DNA from: Lama guanicoe
Lineage: Eukaryota
Direction: 5' to 3'
Length of the DNA stretch: 64,000 bases
Assembly: GCA_013239625.1 (NCBI GenBank)
Contig: MU053561.1
Span: 4,757,214 to 4,821,213, forward strand
A program made the position numbers and the translations under genes. Below the pieces are notes generated by a model. The model searched no databases, was not told where the DNA came from, and worked only from the letters and a program-made list of their open reading frames with translations. Of the stretch, positions 25,119 through 37,980 are shown piece by piece. Position 1 is the first letter of the stretch; each line of letters begins with the position of its first letter.

Positions 25119-28100
25119 GAATGCTTTCCAGCATGATAGCATGAGGAGCTGCACTTCCTTGCTTCCCCAGAAACTGGTGAAAATTAGTAACAAAACATAA
25201 AGCCTCTGAACATGGTTCTCTGTGCAAACAGATGATGAAACATCTCTTCAAAAGAACCTATGAAAATTCTGAATGGTGAGAGTGTGTAATATTTGAACCA
25301 AGACTCTCCTCCTCCTCTTCCTCTTCCTCAGTTCCCAGCTGGAAGGCTCTCCTCGTGGGAAAAGCAGAATATTAGTCTTTCTCATCCTGCCCCCAGCTGC
25401 CTGTTGCTGAGTTTAAGTCTTGAGTGACTGTGGCTGAGAAGTGGGAGCTCACTTCTACTCAGCCCCCACTCAGAGCAGAGGCTCTCCGTTGGGTGTGGCT
25501 CGTTCAGAATACAGGGACACTGATTTCTGTATGAAGTGGTGGTTCCCTGCTAGAAGAGGAGCAGAGAAGGCCTCGGGCTGCTTTCCCACCTCCACTGAGC
25601 TTGTAGATTAGAGGTGTCACTCAGAAATTTGACATTGTCCCAGCTAAGCCCAGGCATAGTGATTTTACCTTGAGGGAGAAGCAGTTTATGAAACCAATAG
25701 CGCCTAATCCCTTGAAGAACCGACTTCACTTGCAACAGAGCACGGATAACTTCAAACGTGAGGGCACAACGCTGCATGTTGTGGCAAAAGACAACTGAGA
25801 AGAAATTTAAGATACAGTCTAAACTGTAGGTTAACTAGTTTGCAGGAGAGAACCAGGGACTAAGACATCTCAAAAGAGCCATCCTGTCCTTTAACTTCTT
25901 CATACAGTCTATCTATCTGCAGTGTACTGCATTCTGTATAATTTCGACTTGATCTTTTTGTTTTTATCATTTTTATGTCTAGCTGTTCATTGTTTTCAAA
26001 TCTAAATGGTCATCGGTGCCTTTAAAGAAGCCAGGATATGATTGGATTCCTTTGTAGAGCAACTTACGCCCCACAGCATTGTTGGAAATACAGCAGCTGG
26101 CAGTTGTGGGAGTTTTAACAGCTGGGCATAGTCAAAGAAATAAGGAAGTCCTACCAAACTCAGTCATCACAAGGAAAATATGATTATACCCAAAGCTGGG
26201 CCTTGAGGAGCTACATCAGAAGCTTAATACTGAGAGAGGCAAGGGAGTACTTTTCACTGAACTATTTCAGCCAGTCACTAAACAAAATAACAAGCTCAGA
26301 GTGGGGAGGGGGAAGACCCATTGCTACAACATATTCTCTAAAATCTTCAGTCCCTGACACATAATAATCACGCAAAGAAATAGGAAAATACAACTCATAT
26401 ACTGGAAACAAAGCAGGCAACAGAAACTGCCTATGAGAGTGACAAGATGTTGCAATTCGTAAGAAAAATTTGAAAGTGGTCCTAAGGAGAACCATAGTTA
26501 AAAAGCAAATGAAAGTGTGATGACCATGTCACATCAAATGGAGACTATCAATAGAGAGCTAGATATTAAAAAGAACCAAATGGGAATTCTGGAGTTGAAA
26601 AGTACAGTAACAAGTATTTTAAAATTCACTAGAGAGGCTTCACAGTGTACTTGAACTGGAAGAAAGAATAAAGGAACTTGAAGATGAATCAATGGATTAA
26701 AATGAAGAAAAATGGAATACCGCTTCAGAGAAATGGGGGACACCATTAAAGCACACCAACATGCAGAATGGTAACACCAGAAGGAGAAGAGAGAAAGGAG
26801 TAAAAATATTCAAGGAAATAATGGCTGAACTTTCTCCCTAAGTATTGCAAAACAATGACTATACATCCAGGGACTTCAGCGAACCCCAGGTATGATAAAA
26901 ATAAAGAAATCCTCAAATATACATCAAAGTAAAAAATGCTCAAAGACAGCATCTTGAAAGCAGCAAGAGGAAGACAACTCCTTTCAAGGGAAGCAGATTA
27001 ACAATTGACTTCTCAGCAGTAACAGTGGAGGCCAGAAGCTTATAGGTAACATTCAAAATGCTCAAAGGGAAAAGACGTCAACCAAGAAGGCTACATCCAG
27101 CAAACGTGTTTCAAAAACGAAGGTGAAATTAGAACTTTCTCAGATAGACAAATTGGAGAATTTTGTCGCTAGCAGACCTGCCTTACAAGAAATACCTAAA
27201 GAGGATTTAAGGCTGAAAGCAAATGACACCTTTCGATACTTTGAATCGACATCAGTAAAGGTAATTATGTAATTATGTAAGACAGCATAAATGCGTTCCC
27301 TTCTCTTAATTGCTGTAAAAAGCAACTATATAAAATAATATGTATATGATATGTCATTGGGCCCATACTGAAATGTAAGATATTTTGTATTTGCTAATAA
27401 CAGCATAAAGGAGGTGGGGAGGAGTTGTTTTAGCAGAAGGAAATTACTATACAGTTGACCTCTGAACAACATGGGGTTAGGGGCGCTGATTCTCTACACA
27501 TTCGAAAAATGCATGTATAATTTATAGTCAGCCCACTTTATCTGCAGTTCAGCATCTGAGGATTCAACCAACTGTGGATCGTGTGGCACTGTAGCACACG
27601 ATCATGTACGTGTTGAAAGAAAATCCACTGTAAGTAGATCCATGCAGTTCAAACCCATGTTCAAGAGTCAACTATACTTGGTTAAAGTAATAATTATAAT
27701 AGTGTATTGTGGGGAATTGTAGAATTAATGGGATTTTGTATATAATAATACTACAAAAAGGAAACACGAATAGAGCTATATAAGAGAGATGTTCCTACAT
27801 GGAGTTAGCCTAGTATGAATCTGTAGCTGACTCTGATAAAGTGTATATGGTAAAGGCTAGAACAACTTTAAAAATCCTCAAAAAATACAGTGAAAATTCA
27901 TTAAAGACATTAAAATACTTTAGAAAATATTTACTTAAAGCAAAAGAAAGTATTAAAGGAGGAATAGTACAAAGAAGACTTGCGATCTAGAAAGCAGAAA
28001 GTAAAATTGCAGAGATTAATCCAATTATGTTAATGTTAACATTGAGTAACATTAAATTGGATTAAACAATCCAATAAAGTGGCAGAGATTGTCAGGCTGT

Positions 28101-31100
28101 ATAAAAAGACCTGGCTCAACTATATATTGTTACTGGAGTACACTTTTTAGATTCAAAGATAAGAACAGATAGAAGTAATAGGAGGAAATAAGATGTGTCC
28201 TGCAAACAGCAACCACATGAAAGCTATGCTTTGAGAAAAAAGGCTTTAAAACAGAAAACAGTATGAGGGACATTTTATAAAATAATAAAAGTATCAATCC
28301 ACATCAGAGAGATTAAGCAATTCTAAACTTACACACACTTACTATCAGCAGTAAAACGTACGAAAGCAAAAAACTGAGAAATATGAAGAGAGAAACAGAC
28401 AATACAATAATGGTTGGAGATTTCAATACCCCGCTTTCAATAATAGGTAGAGCAACTAGAAGACAAAGAGCATTGTAAACCAGCTGATCTAACAGACGTC
28501 TGTAAAGCACTGTTCTTTACGGAAAACAGGATATGCATTTTTCTCAAGTGTATATGGGACATTCTCAGGAAAGATCATGTGCTAAGCCATAAAAGAAACC
28601 TCAGTAGGTTTAAGAGGATAGAAATAAGGCAAAATATGTTGTTTGTCAACAAAGGAATGAAATTAGAGGTCAATAGCAGAAAAAGTAAGAAAATCGCAAA
28701 TAAGTGGAATTACTTACACTCCTAATTTAATTAAACTCCTAAATAAACAGTGAGTCAAAGAAGTCAAAGGAAATCAGGAAATACTTTACGATGAATAAAA
28801 TGGCACAATAAAACAACATGAAATTCAGCTAACATTGCTTAGAGGGAAATTTATAGTTATAAATGCATGTTAAGAAAAAATTTTCAAATCAGTAACAACT
28901 TTTCACCTTAAGACACTGAAAAAAGCAAACTAAACCTAAAGAAAGCAGGACATAAAGATCACAGCTGAAATTAATAAAATGCATGATACAAAAACAGAGA
29001 AAATCAAGGAAAACCAAAAGCTGATTCTTTAGAAAGATCAGCAGAATTAACAAATCTTTAGCTAGAGTAACCAAAAAAAAAAAAAAAAAAAAAAAAAGAG
29101 GAAGAGGAAGGAGAAGATTCTAATTACTAGAATCATATGAAAGATGGGACATTACCAATGATCTTATAGAAATAAAAGAATTAAGAATACAAAGAATGAT
29201 TATATGACAAATTAGATAACCTAGATGAAAAGGATACATTCCAACCAAGAAAGACACAAACTACTCAGTCGGATTAACATCATCTATGAAAAATCCACCC
29301 CTAACATCGTAATGCTAAAAAAACTAAATGCTTTCTCTCAAACATTAGGAAAAAAGACTGACATCTGCCCTTACTACTATCTAGCATTGTACTGGAGGCA
29401 AACAGGGCAGTTACGCAAGGAAAAGAAACAAAAGGCACCCAAATTGGAAAAGATGAAGTAAAAGTATCTCCGTTCACAGATGTCATAATTTTATATATAG
29501 AATATCCTAAGGAATCCACTAAAAATCTATTAGAACTAAAAATCATGTTCAGCAAGGTTGTAGGATGAAAGATCAATATATAAAAATCCATTGTGTTTCT
29601 ACACACTTTCAATAAACAATCTGAAAATACTAAATTAAGAGAACAGCTCCATTTGCGGTAGCATGGAAACAAATAAAATACTTAGGAATTAAATTTAACA
29701 AAGTAAGTGTAAAACTTATATTCTGAAGATTATAAAACATGGAAGAAACTAAAGAAGATCAAAGTACTTGTAAAATCATCATGTTCACGGATCAGAAAGA
29801 CTTAACATTGTTAATATGGCAATACTCAAACTGATATATAGATTTAGTGTAATCCCTAATCAAAATCCCAACTGACTTCTCTGTGGAAGTTGACAAGCTG
29901 ATTGTAAAGTCCATATGGTATTGCAAGGGACCAGAATGGCTAAAACCATCTTGAAAAAGAATAAAGCAATAGTTTTCCCGTTTCAAAACTTATTACAAAG
30001 CAGTGATAATCAAGATATTGTAGTATGGGTGCGAGGATCGAACTAGATCAATAGAACAGAACTGAGGGTCCAGAAATAAACCCATAAATCTCTTGTACTG
30101 ATTTGTTAACAAGAGTGCCAAGACCATTCGAGGAATAAAGAAGAGTCTTTTCAACAAATGTCAGTGAGTCAACCATTCAGGACATGCAAAAGAATGAAGT
30201 TGGACCCTTGTCTCATAATATATACAAAAAATATATCAAAGAGGTAAATATACAAGCTAAACTATAAAAATTTTAGAAAACATGGGGGAAATCTTCATTA
30301 CTTTCTGTTTGGCAAGGAATTCATAGATGTAACACCAAAAGCATGGCAACAACACCAAAGAGATACATTTGACTTAACTTTAATTTAAAAATCAAAACTT
30401 TTGTTCAATGGACACCATCAAGAAAATGAAAAAAACCCACAGAATGGGAGAAAATATTTGCCATCATACATCTGATAAGCGACTAGTACCCAGAATATAT
30501 TAAAAGCTCTCACAATTCAATAATAAAAAGACAAATAACCCAATTAAGAAATGGGTAAAGGATCTGAACAGACATTTCTCCAAAGAAGATACACAAATGT
30601 TCAATAAGCACGTGAAAAGAGGCCCATCATCGTCATTCACCAGGGACGTGCAGAGCAAAACCCCTAAGAAGATCTCACTTCATACCCACTGGGATGGGTA
30701 GAAGTAAAAAGTCAGATAAATGTGAGTGAGCATGTGGAGAAATCAGAACCCTCATACACTGCCAGGGGGGCTGCAACGTGGCACAGCTGCCTTCAAAAAC
30801 AGCACAGCATTTGTTCAAACTATTAAGCATTGAGTTACCGTATGACCCACCAATTTCACTCCTACTGTATAACCAACAGAAATGAAACATAGTTCCACAC
30901 AAAACCTTGTGCACAAATGTTTACGGCAGTGTTATTCCTCGTAGCCAAAAGGTGGAAGTAATCCAAATGTCCATCAATGACTACTGTATAAACAGTACGT
31001 GGAATAGCCATACAGGGAAGACTGTAGAGACAGAAAACAGATTAGTGGTTGCTTAGGGGTAGGGCTTGATAGCTAAAGGGTTTGGAGTTTCTTTTGGAGG

Positions 31101-31235
31101 TTGATGAAAATCTGAAATTGTAGTAATGATCATACATATCCAGGAATATACTAAAAACCATTGACTTGTATACTTTAAATGGATGAATTTTGTGATATTT
31201 GAAATATCTTAATACTGAAAAAGATAAAAAGCCCC
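25119..31235 (+). mobile_element. Near-full-span decayed L1 (L1MB-like: 5'UTR, ORF1, internally deleted ORF2, 3'UTR)
   Basis: ORF1-like sequence ~26300-27230; endonuclease motif 'aatggttggagatttcaataccccgctttc' (~28410); RT-region 'ccgttcacagatgtcataatttta' (~29470); L1MB-type 3' end at ~31020-31220. Many stops and frameshifts. Confidence 0.85.
27452..27674. mobile_element. Tigger2-derived MITE (TcMar DNA transposon) nested in the L1
   Basis: Terminal inverted repeats cagttgacctctgaac...gttcaagagtcaact with flanking TA dinucleotides. Confidence 0.85.
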
Positions 31236-31596
31236 TTTGTAAACAAGAGCACTGAAATACTGAACAAAAATAGCAGGAAAGGGAAACTCAAAATCAAAGC
31301 ATTTTAAGGGCCTTGAGTTGTTTGACACTAGGATCAAGACATTGGTCACTGTTAGACCTTAAGTTAAATATACATACTAATAATCTTTTAAAAATAATAG
31401 AACTACAATGTGTAATATGCATGCAAGGAAAAAGGAAAAGGAAATCTAAAAGAAGAAAGGGAGGAAATAAATAGGATGAATAGAAAGCACAAAATATTAC
31501 AGAAATTTAAAAATCAATAATCAGTAAATATAAGCAAACCAAACTGCCTAGTAAAAAGGGACTTTGTCAAACTACATTTAAAAATTTACACACTTG

Positions 31597-31770
31597 CTTA
31601 TATAAAATAAAAAAACAAGGTCTTACTGTTTAGCACAGGGAACTATATTCAATATCTTATAATAGTCTATAATAAAGAATGTGACAAAGAATATGTATAT
31701 ATGTATAACTGAATCACTATGCTGTACACCAGAAGCTAATGCATTGTAAATCAACTATACTTTAATTTTT
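31597..31770 (+). mobile_element. Short 3' fragment of a younger cetartiodactyl-type L1
   Basis: 'agcacagggaactatattcaatatctt...tgtaaatcaactatact' tail; 16-bp TSD aaaatttacacacttg (31581-31596) / aaaattcacatacttg (31771-31786). Confidence 0.85.
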
Positions 31771-32159
31771 AAAATTCACATACTTGTTCTTTACAAGGGG
31801 CATACCTAAAACAAGCATACGGAAATATAAAGTTCAGTGAAGATTTATAGAACACAGTATCTAATAATTGGAAAGTATACATCTCTTGAATAGGTTAAAC
31901 TAATGTACGTTAATGGAACTTAGATTAGTGGTTGCCTCTGGTTCGGGAGGTAGATTAACTGAAAAAGGCTGTAACGTTTTTGATAATGAAAATGTTTTAT
32001 ATCTTGATTGGGGTGGTGGTTACAAAAATGTATACATCTGTAAAAATTCATGTAACTATAGACTTTAAATAGATGCGTTTTATTTTACGTAAATTATATC
32101 TCATTTTAAAAGAGTATTTTTTAGTTTATTTTGCTTTCCTAAGTGTTTCACGGAAGAAG

Positions 32160-33137
32160 TCATTATATCCAAGCTAGCTCATGATGTGGTCTTCAAACAC
32201 TATTCCCACAATAAAATTAATCAGATTTTCTGTTAAATGACTGATTCAAATTTTGGTGTGGGAAATACATAAGCCTGGAGCATCTTGTCGCACAAGAGAC
32301 TAAAGGAAGCTAACCACTACAACTGTCATCTCGTAAGGACTCAGGAGCCAATGTGAAGAGTTCCACTTTCCAAAATGGTGTAATTTGAATTTCAAAAAGG
32401 ATAATAATTGCAGTTGATTGAAGCCCATAAACTATATCTGTGAGTTCGTAATGATATAAAAATTGGGAACCTTTAGAAGATGATGGAAACCAGTCATTAC
32501 TTTGAAAAATGGTAAATGTATCAAAAGACTCAAATCCTATATCCTGTCTTTCCTATATGAACCGTCATGGAGTAACCAAGTAGCAGATGAGGGAAGCATT
32601 CCTTTATAAAATTATTTCAGCTAATGAGCGAAAATCAAATTATAGAATCAACATATCATTTTGCAGTCCTCAGTGAATGAATGAATCTAAGCAATGAGCA
32701 ATCCACGGTGGGGGAAAAAGCAGTAATATGCCCCCTGATGCAAGAACAAAATCCAACCTACAGTTTTGCCAAAGGAATCTAACCTGAAAATGCTAAGGCC
32801 TCTGCATCCAACTGCCAGTTTGTAGAAATTGCAGAGCACAGAATAACGTGTTGAACTGCACCATGATAATGCAGTTAGCGAATTTCAGATCGCGTGGAAC
32901 TCTCTGGCTGAAATGCCCTTGCTCTTCAGAGGTATGTTGTGAGGAAAAGAAAGGGTTGGAAACTGAAACTTGTGCATTAAAAGGAGGTTAAAGACATACC
33001 AGTTTGTTTTTAAATGGTGAGGCTAAATTACATTGTTTCAGGATGCATTCTTGGGTCATTAAAAATTCAAATGATTCCTGTAACCTAGGAGGGTGGTTAC
33101 TTTTGGAGGGAGGAAGTGGGCTGTGATAGTGAGAAGG
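32160..33137 (+). mobile_element. L1MC-like 3'UTR; its terminal ~160 bp now lies inverted at ~33345-33501
   Basis: 'gcctggagcatcttgtc...ggactcaggagccaa' L1MC-type 3'UTR motifs; see the inversion finding. Confidence 0.7.
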
Positions 33138-33138
33138 G

Positions 33139-33258
33139 TGCATGTGTCTTTTCGAATTACAGTTTTCTCTGAGTATGTGCCCAGGAGTGGGACTGCTGGG
33201 TCATATGGTAAATCTACTTTTAGTTTTTAAAAGAACCTCCATACTGTCCTCCATAGTG
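33139..33258 (-). mobile_element. Inverted piece of a younger L1 (ORF2 end), partner of 33522-33985
   Basis: 'cccaggagtgggactgctgggtcatatggt...aacctccatactgtcctccatagtg' is minus-strand L1 from just upstream of the part found at 33522. Confidence 0.85.
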
Positions 33259-33521
33259 CATCAGTTTTTATATTTCTAGAAATTTGTTAGTTTTATCTAG
33301 CTTGTCTTATTGGCAGAAAATTGTCCATTATATCTATTTATAAAATTCTTTTTAACTTTCTAATTATAAAATAAAACACAGAAATAGAAAAACCACACAA
33401 AGTTATAGTTTACTGCATTTTGATAAGGTCAACACCCTTGTGATGACTACTTGGAACAATGAATAGAACCCTGGTAGCTTCCCTAGAAGTCCCTCCTCCT
33501 GCCTTCTCACTATCACAGTAT

Positions 33522-33985
33522 AAATATGGTATATTTATACATGGAATACTACTCAGCCATAAAAAAGAATAAAATGCCACTTGCAGCAACATAGATGGAC
33601 CTGGAGAATGTCATCCTATGTGAAGTAAGCCAGAAAGAGAAATACCATATAATATCACTTATATATATATAATCTAAAGAAAAAGGAAAAAAACACAAAT
33701 GAACTTTTTTACAAAATAGAGACAGACTCACAGATATAGAAAACAAACTTTTGGTTACCAGACAGGGAAGGAGGTGGGAAGAAATATTTTGGATTTGCAG
33801 ATACTATTATCTATAAAATAGATAAACAAGTTTCTACTGTATAGCACAGGGAACTATATACAATATCTTGTAGTAACCTATAATGGAAAAGAATATGAAA
33901 AGGAATATATATCTGACTAAAACATTATGCTGTACGCCAGAAATTGACACATTGTAAACTGACTATACTTCCATTTTAAAAATAT
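33522..33985 (+). mobile_element. 3' end of a younger cetartiodactyl-type L1
   Basis: 'ggaatactactcagccataaaaaagaataaaat...gcagcaacatagatggacctggag' and the same 3' tail as 31597-31770. Confidence 0.9.
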
Positions 33986-34244
33986 TTTTTAAAATATCCT
34001 GCCCATCCAGGTAGTAGTCTCCTTATCCATCACCTCTTCCTCTCATTACTTCCCTCTGGATTTATGGTTCATCTTAATCTATGGTTCATCACATTCATTT
34101 CAGTCAACGTTCTAAACTCCTTTGCCTTCTGTCCTTTAATGCACCAGTCAGGCAAAATCCTAACCCTGGGTAATTCCCCTATCCCTCTGCCTGCCCTCAG
34201 CCAGTTGCACAATGTCAGAGAAAATAAAGACCTGAAACGAACAT

Positions 34245-34440
34245 CTGTTAATGACTTACTATGTATCAGGCACTTTTCTAAGTGCTTCTCACATAATGAC
34301 TCATTCACTTCTTCCAATAATCCTATGGGAAAAGGATGACTATTCTAATAGTCCAGGGGAGGCTCAGAGACTTTAAGTGACCTGCACAAATCACACAGTC
34401 TAGGTTTCTCTGGCTCAAAATCCTGAACTCTAGTCATTAC
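34245..34440 (-). mobile_element. MIR SINE
   Basis: 'ttactatgtatcaggcacttttctaagtgctt...gaggctcagagactttaagtgacctgcacaaatcacacag' is the MIR core in reverse. Confidence 0.7.
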
Positions 34441-36764
34441 ATTAAATTACTTCTTACACAAAGTCTCACAGAAAGTCAGATTGCTACCAACTTATAAATT
34501 CACGGTCACCAACCTCCATTAGTGCCTCATCCATGCCTGATAATCCTATCTTTCTCAGATCAACTCACTTGTTCCTCTCACCACTATAGCTATTTCAAAC
34601 TTTCATTTTTCTTGAATTTCTGATCTGCTGCCTCAACCTTCTCCATAACCCCTCACTCCCAGCTGATGGCCTCCAACATAACGCACAGGAAAAGGGAAGC
34701 CAGCAAACATGATGTCCTCAGCTTCCCACCATCAAATCCACAAGCACCATGCTCTGCCGTCCTCTTCTAAGTCCATTCTGTGAGGAGAGGGGATGTCCTT
34801 CCTCTGTCTAATCCTACCATGCTCTCCGGATGGCCAGCTCCTTTGCCTTGGGATATGTTCTCTGTATTGATTATCCCAGCTCTCTTTAGTCTTGAACTTC
34901 TCCTGCGCTGGGTTTTTCAGAGCAGCTTTGAACTTGCTCACATGTCTCTCATTAAAAAGCCAACCATCCCCGTCTTTGCTTCCCTCTTCTGACTCTTCCT
35001 CATTGTGGCCAAATATCTCTAAGATATAGTCAACACTGTCTGCCTTGGAGTCAATTCTTCTGATGCTTCATTCATGCTGAAGAATGGGAGCATAAGATGC
35101 AGGTTCTGGATGACCACAAGGAAGAGGGGTTAATTACTGTGGCACCACCACAGAAAGCCTTGCCTTTCTCTGCACCTATCAGCCAGGGGTCACAGACTTC
35201 AGTAGCACCAGTACCTTTAAGGTTTTATGCCAGAATAATTCCAATTTTTTAAGTCCCTGAAAGGATTATAAATTCTACACTATTAGCAGCGGGCTTGGTT
35301 AACCAGATTTGAGGACTAGTCTTGACTCACAACCAGGTGTTACCACTAAAGGCTTTTCTGATTGCCTAAGGATGCTGTCTACACCTCTCAGATTTGGAGA
35401 AGGATGAAGAGTAGGGTACCATTTTTTTTTAGGTTCCTCCTCATGTAGAACAGAACCCTTCAGTATCAAAGCAGTACCCAGGATCCTGCTACTACCCATA
35501 CTTCAGCATGTGGACTGGCTACTGTTCAGCCTCAAACCCAGGAAAGTGCCTGCCATCCACAAACTGACCATTCACCCTCACTACCTATAGGATATTGCAC
35601 CTCTCTTAAATCACTTAGGTCCCCTTTATAATTCCAGGAGAAGAGATGACAGTTCCCTGAGCACTATTATGGATTCTCCTGCCAGGTATAGATTCAGCCT
35701 TGGAGAATCATCACCAACCAACCAGATTCTACAATAACCTTCAGTAGCATCATAGGGGTGGCCAAACTCCTACAATAGTGAGGCATCTTCTGTTCAGCAC
35801 ATCATGCCTGGTTTGGAGGACCCTCTCCTCCTGCCTCTACAAAGCCTCTGGCTATTACTTGTATCCCTGGCCCTCACCAAATCCAGCCCCTCACTCACCT
35901 TGCCTTCTCCTTTGCCCTGCAAGCCACAAGCACATCTCTCTGAAAAAATATTTGGTCTCCTGACCAACTGAAACATTTCTCCAGGAAATTTATGGCTCAA
36001 AATCTTCACGAAATCACCCTGATGGGGGCCAGTTAAGAGTTTAGTGGACAGGCTGAAGAGATTAGATAGCCAGAGTAATAAAGACTACTGATGCTCAGGA
36101 ATGGAAGATGCCAAGAGGCAGACGTTCATCTTCAAAGAGCAGACTCTGCTGTTTATTTAAATACAGGTAGTAGTTCATAGGGTGGAATGAAAAAGAATTA
36201 GTCATCCAGTCATGACAGGCAGTTTTGGAACTCCAGTCTGTACATCCTGCCCCAAACGGGTAGCAAGTAGGACAACTGAGGCTCAGCAATTAGCTGACCT
36301 CTTACACAAATTAACATGGGGATGGTCACGAATGACCCGAGAAAGGGAATATACACATGGAAAGTTAAGGAATGGAAACAGCTGCGATGAGGCACAGGAT
36401 GAGGTCTGCTACGTGGATAATGTTTATGAAAGGTCGATGGACATACGGAGACAACAAAGAAAGAAAATGTGTGTTGAAAGAAACGTGTTATGTTAACACA
36501 TTCCTTCAGTTAGATCTTCTTCTCTTGGAAAAAGTGAATAGAAAATATGTTGGTGATTAATCCATTTCTTACTGTTCTTTGGAAGGAATTGGGTAAAATA
36601 AGCATTATTTCTTCCTCATACAATTAGAATTAGTTTACAAAGTAACTTGTCCTTAGAATTTTCTTTAATGAAAGATTTTAAATTGTAGACCCAATTTCTT
36701 TAAAACCTGCAAGAATTTCTTTAAAAGTTGTAAGAAAAAATGTTTTTTCAAAACATTAAAAAAA

Positions 36765-37372
36765 TTTTTTTATTGAAGTGTAGTTGATTTACAATGTTAG
36801 TTTCAGGTGTACAGCAAAGCGATTCAGTTACACATAAACATACATACATGTATTTTCAGTTTCTTTTCCATTACAGCTCATTATAAGAAATTGAATATAG
36901 TTCCCTGTGCTATACAGTAGGTCCTTGTTGTTTATCTATTACATATAATAATGTGTATCTGTTAATACTAAGCTCCTAATCTATTCCTACCTCACCCTTA
37001 CCCCCCAGTAATCACAGGTTTTCTATGTCCGTGAGTCTATTTCTGGTTTCTAAATAAAATTTGTATTTTTTTTTAGATTCCATATATAAGCAACATCATA
37101 TGATATTTGTCTGTCTGACTGACTTCACTTAATATGATAATCTCTAGGTCCTTCCATGTCGCTGCCAATGGCATTATGTCATTCTTTTTTTATGGCTAAA
37201 ATTCCATTAGAAATATAAATATTTAACATATAAATAGACCACAACTTCTTTATCCAGTCATCTGTCAATGGACATTTAGCTTGTTTCCATGTCTTGGCTA
37301 TTGTAAATAGTGCTGCTATGAACACTGGGGTGCATGTATCTTTTCAAATTAGAGTTCCCTCCAGATATATAC
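36765..37372 (-). mobile_element. L1 3' end (cetartiodactyl/camelid type)
   Basis: T-run followed by 'tattgaagtgtagttgatttacaatgtt...tatagttccctgtgctatacagtaggtcc'. Confidence 0.9.
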
Positions 37373-37734
37373 AATGACACTGAAGATCCGTTATAGCTGG
37401 GGTAGTTGAATAGACAAGGTGGGAGGATAGAAAGTTGTAGTCAGTAGATAATAGGACACTCAAGTTATTTTTCAAGGTGAAGTAAGTCAGGGAATGATAA
37501 TGTCCCCAGTATGAACATGGGAGAAGGCAGAAAGGGAGAAGAGGTCAAGGTGGCAGGAACTCAGTGATTGGATGGCTCGTCCAACTGGAGTCCCCCAGGA
37601 TCATGGTGGCCAGAAGTGGAATGGAGAGGAACAAAGTGCCAGGGTTTCAGTCCCTCATGGAAATGTGTGGATGTCTTTCCACAGGGTCATGTATTATCAT
37701 TATCCATTATTAAAACCCAAAGGCCTCTAGAAAG

Positions 37735-37980
37735 GTAACGATAGCCAACATTTACTGAATGCTTTGAGCTAGGCACTGTTTTAGACACTTTCAATGTAGC
37801 AATTCTTTTCATCTTCTGTGATGACTGTGAATTGGGTTCCCATTATTAATCCTATTTTATAAATGAAGGAACTGAGAGAGGGACTAAGTAATGTTTTTCA
37901 AGGCCCCAGAGCTAGTCAGTGGCAGACCTTAGATTTAATTCAGTTAACCTGGCTTCAGGTCTATGCACTTAACCGCGGTG
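37735..37980 (-). mobile_element. MIR SINE
   Basis: 'cattattaatcctattttataaatgaaggaactgagagag...caaggccccagagctagtcagtggcaga' is the MIR core in reverse. Confidence 0.75.

Noticed and set aside
29073..29097. Long poly(A) run suggesting a retrocopy tail
   Set aside because: Sits in an A-rich part of L1 ORF2 with L1 sequence continuing on both sides; a simple homopolymer expansion.
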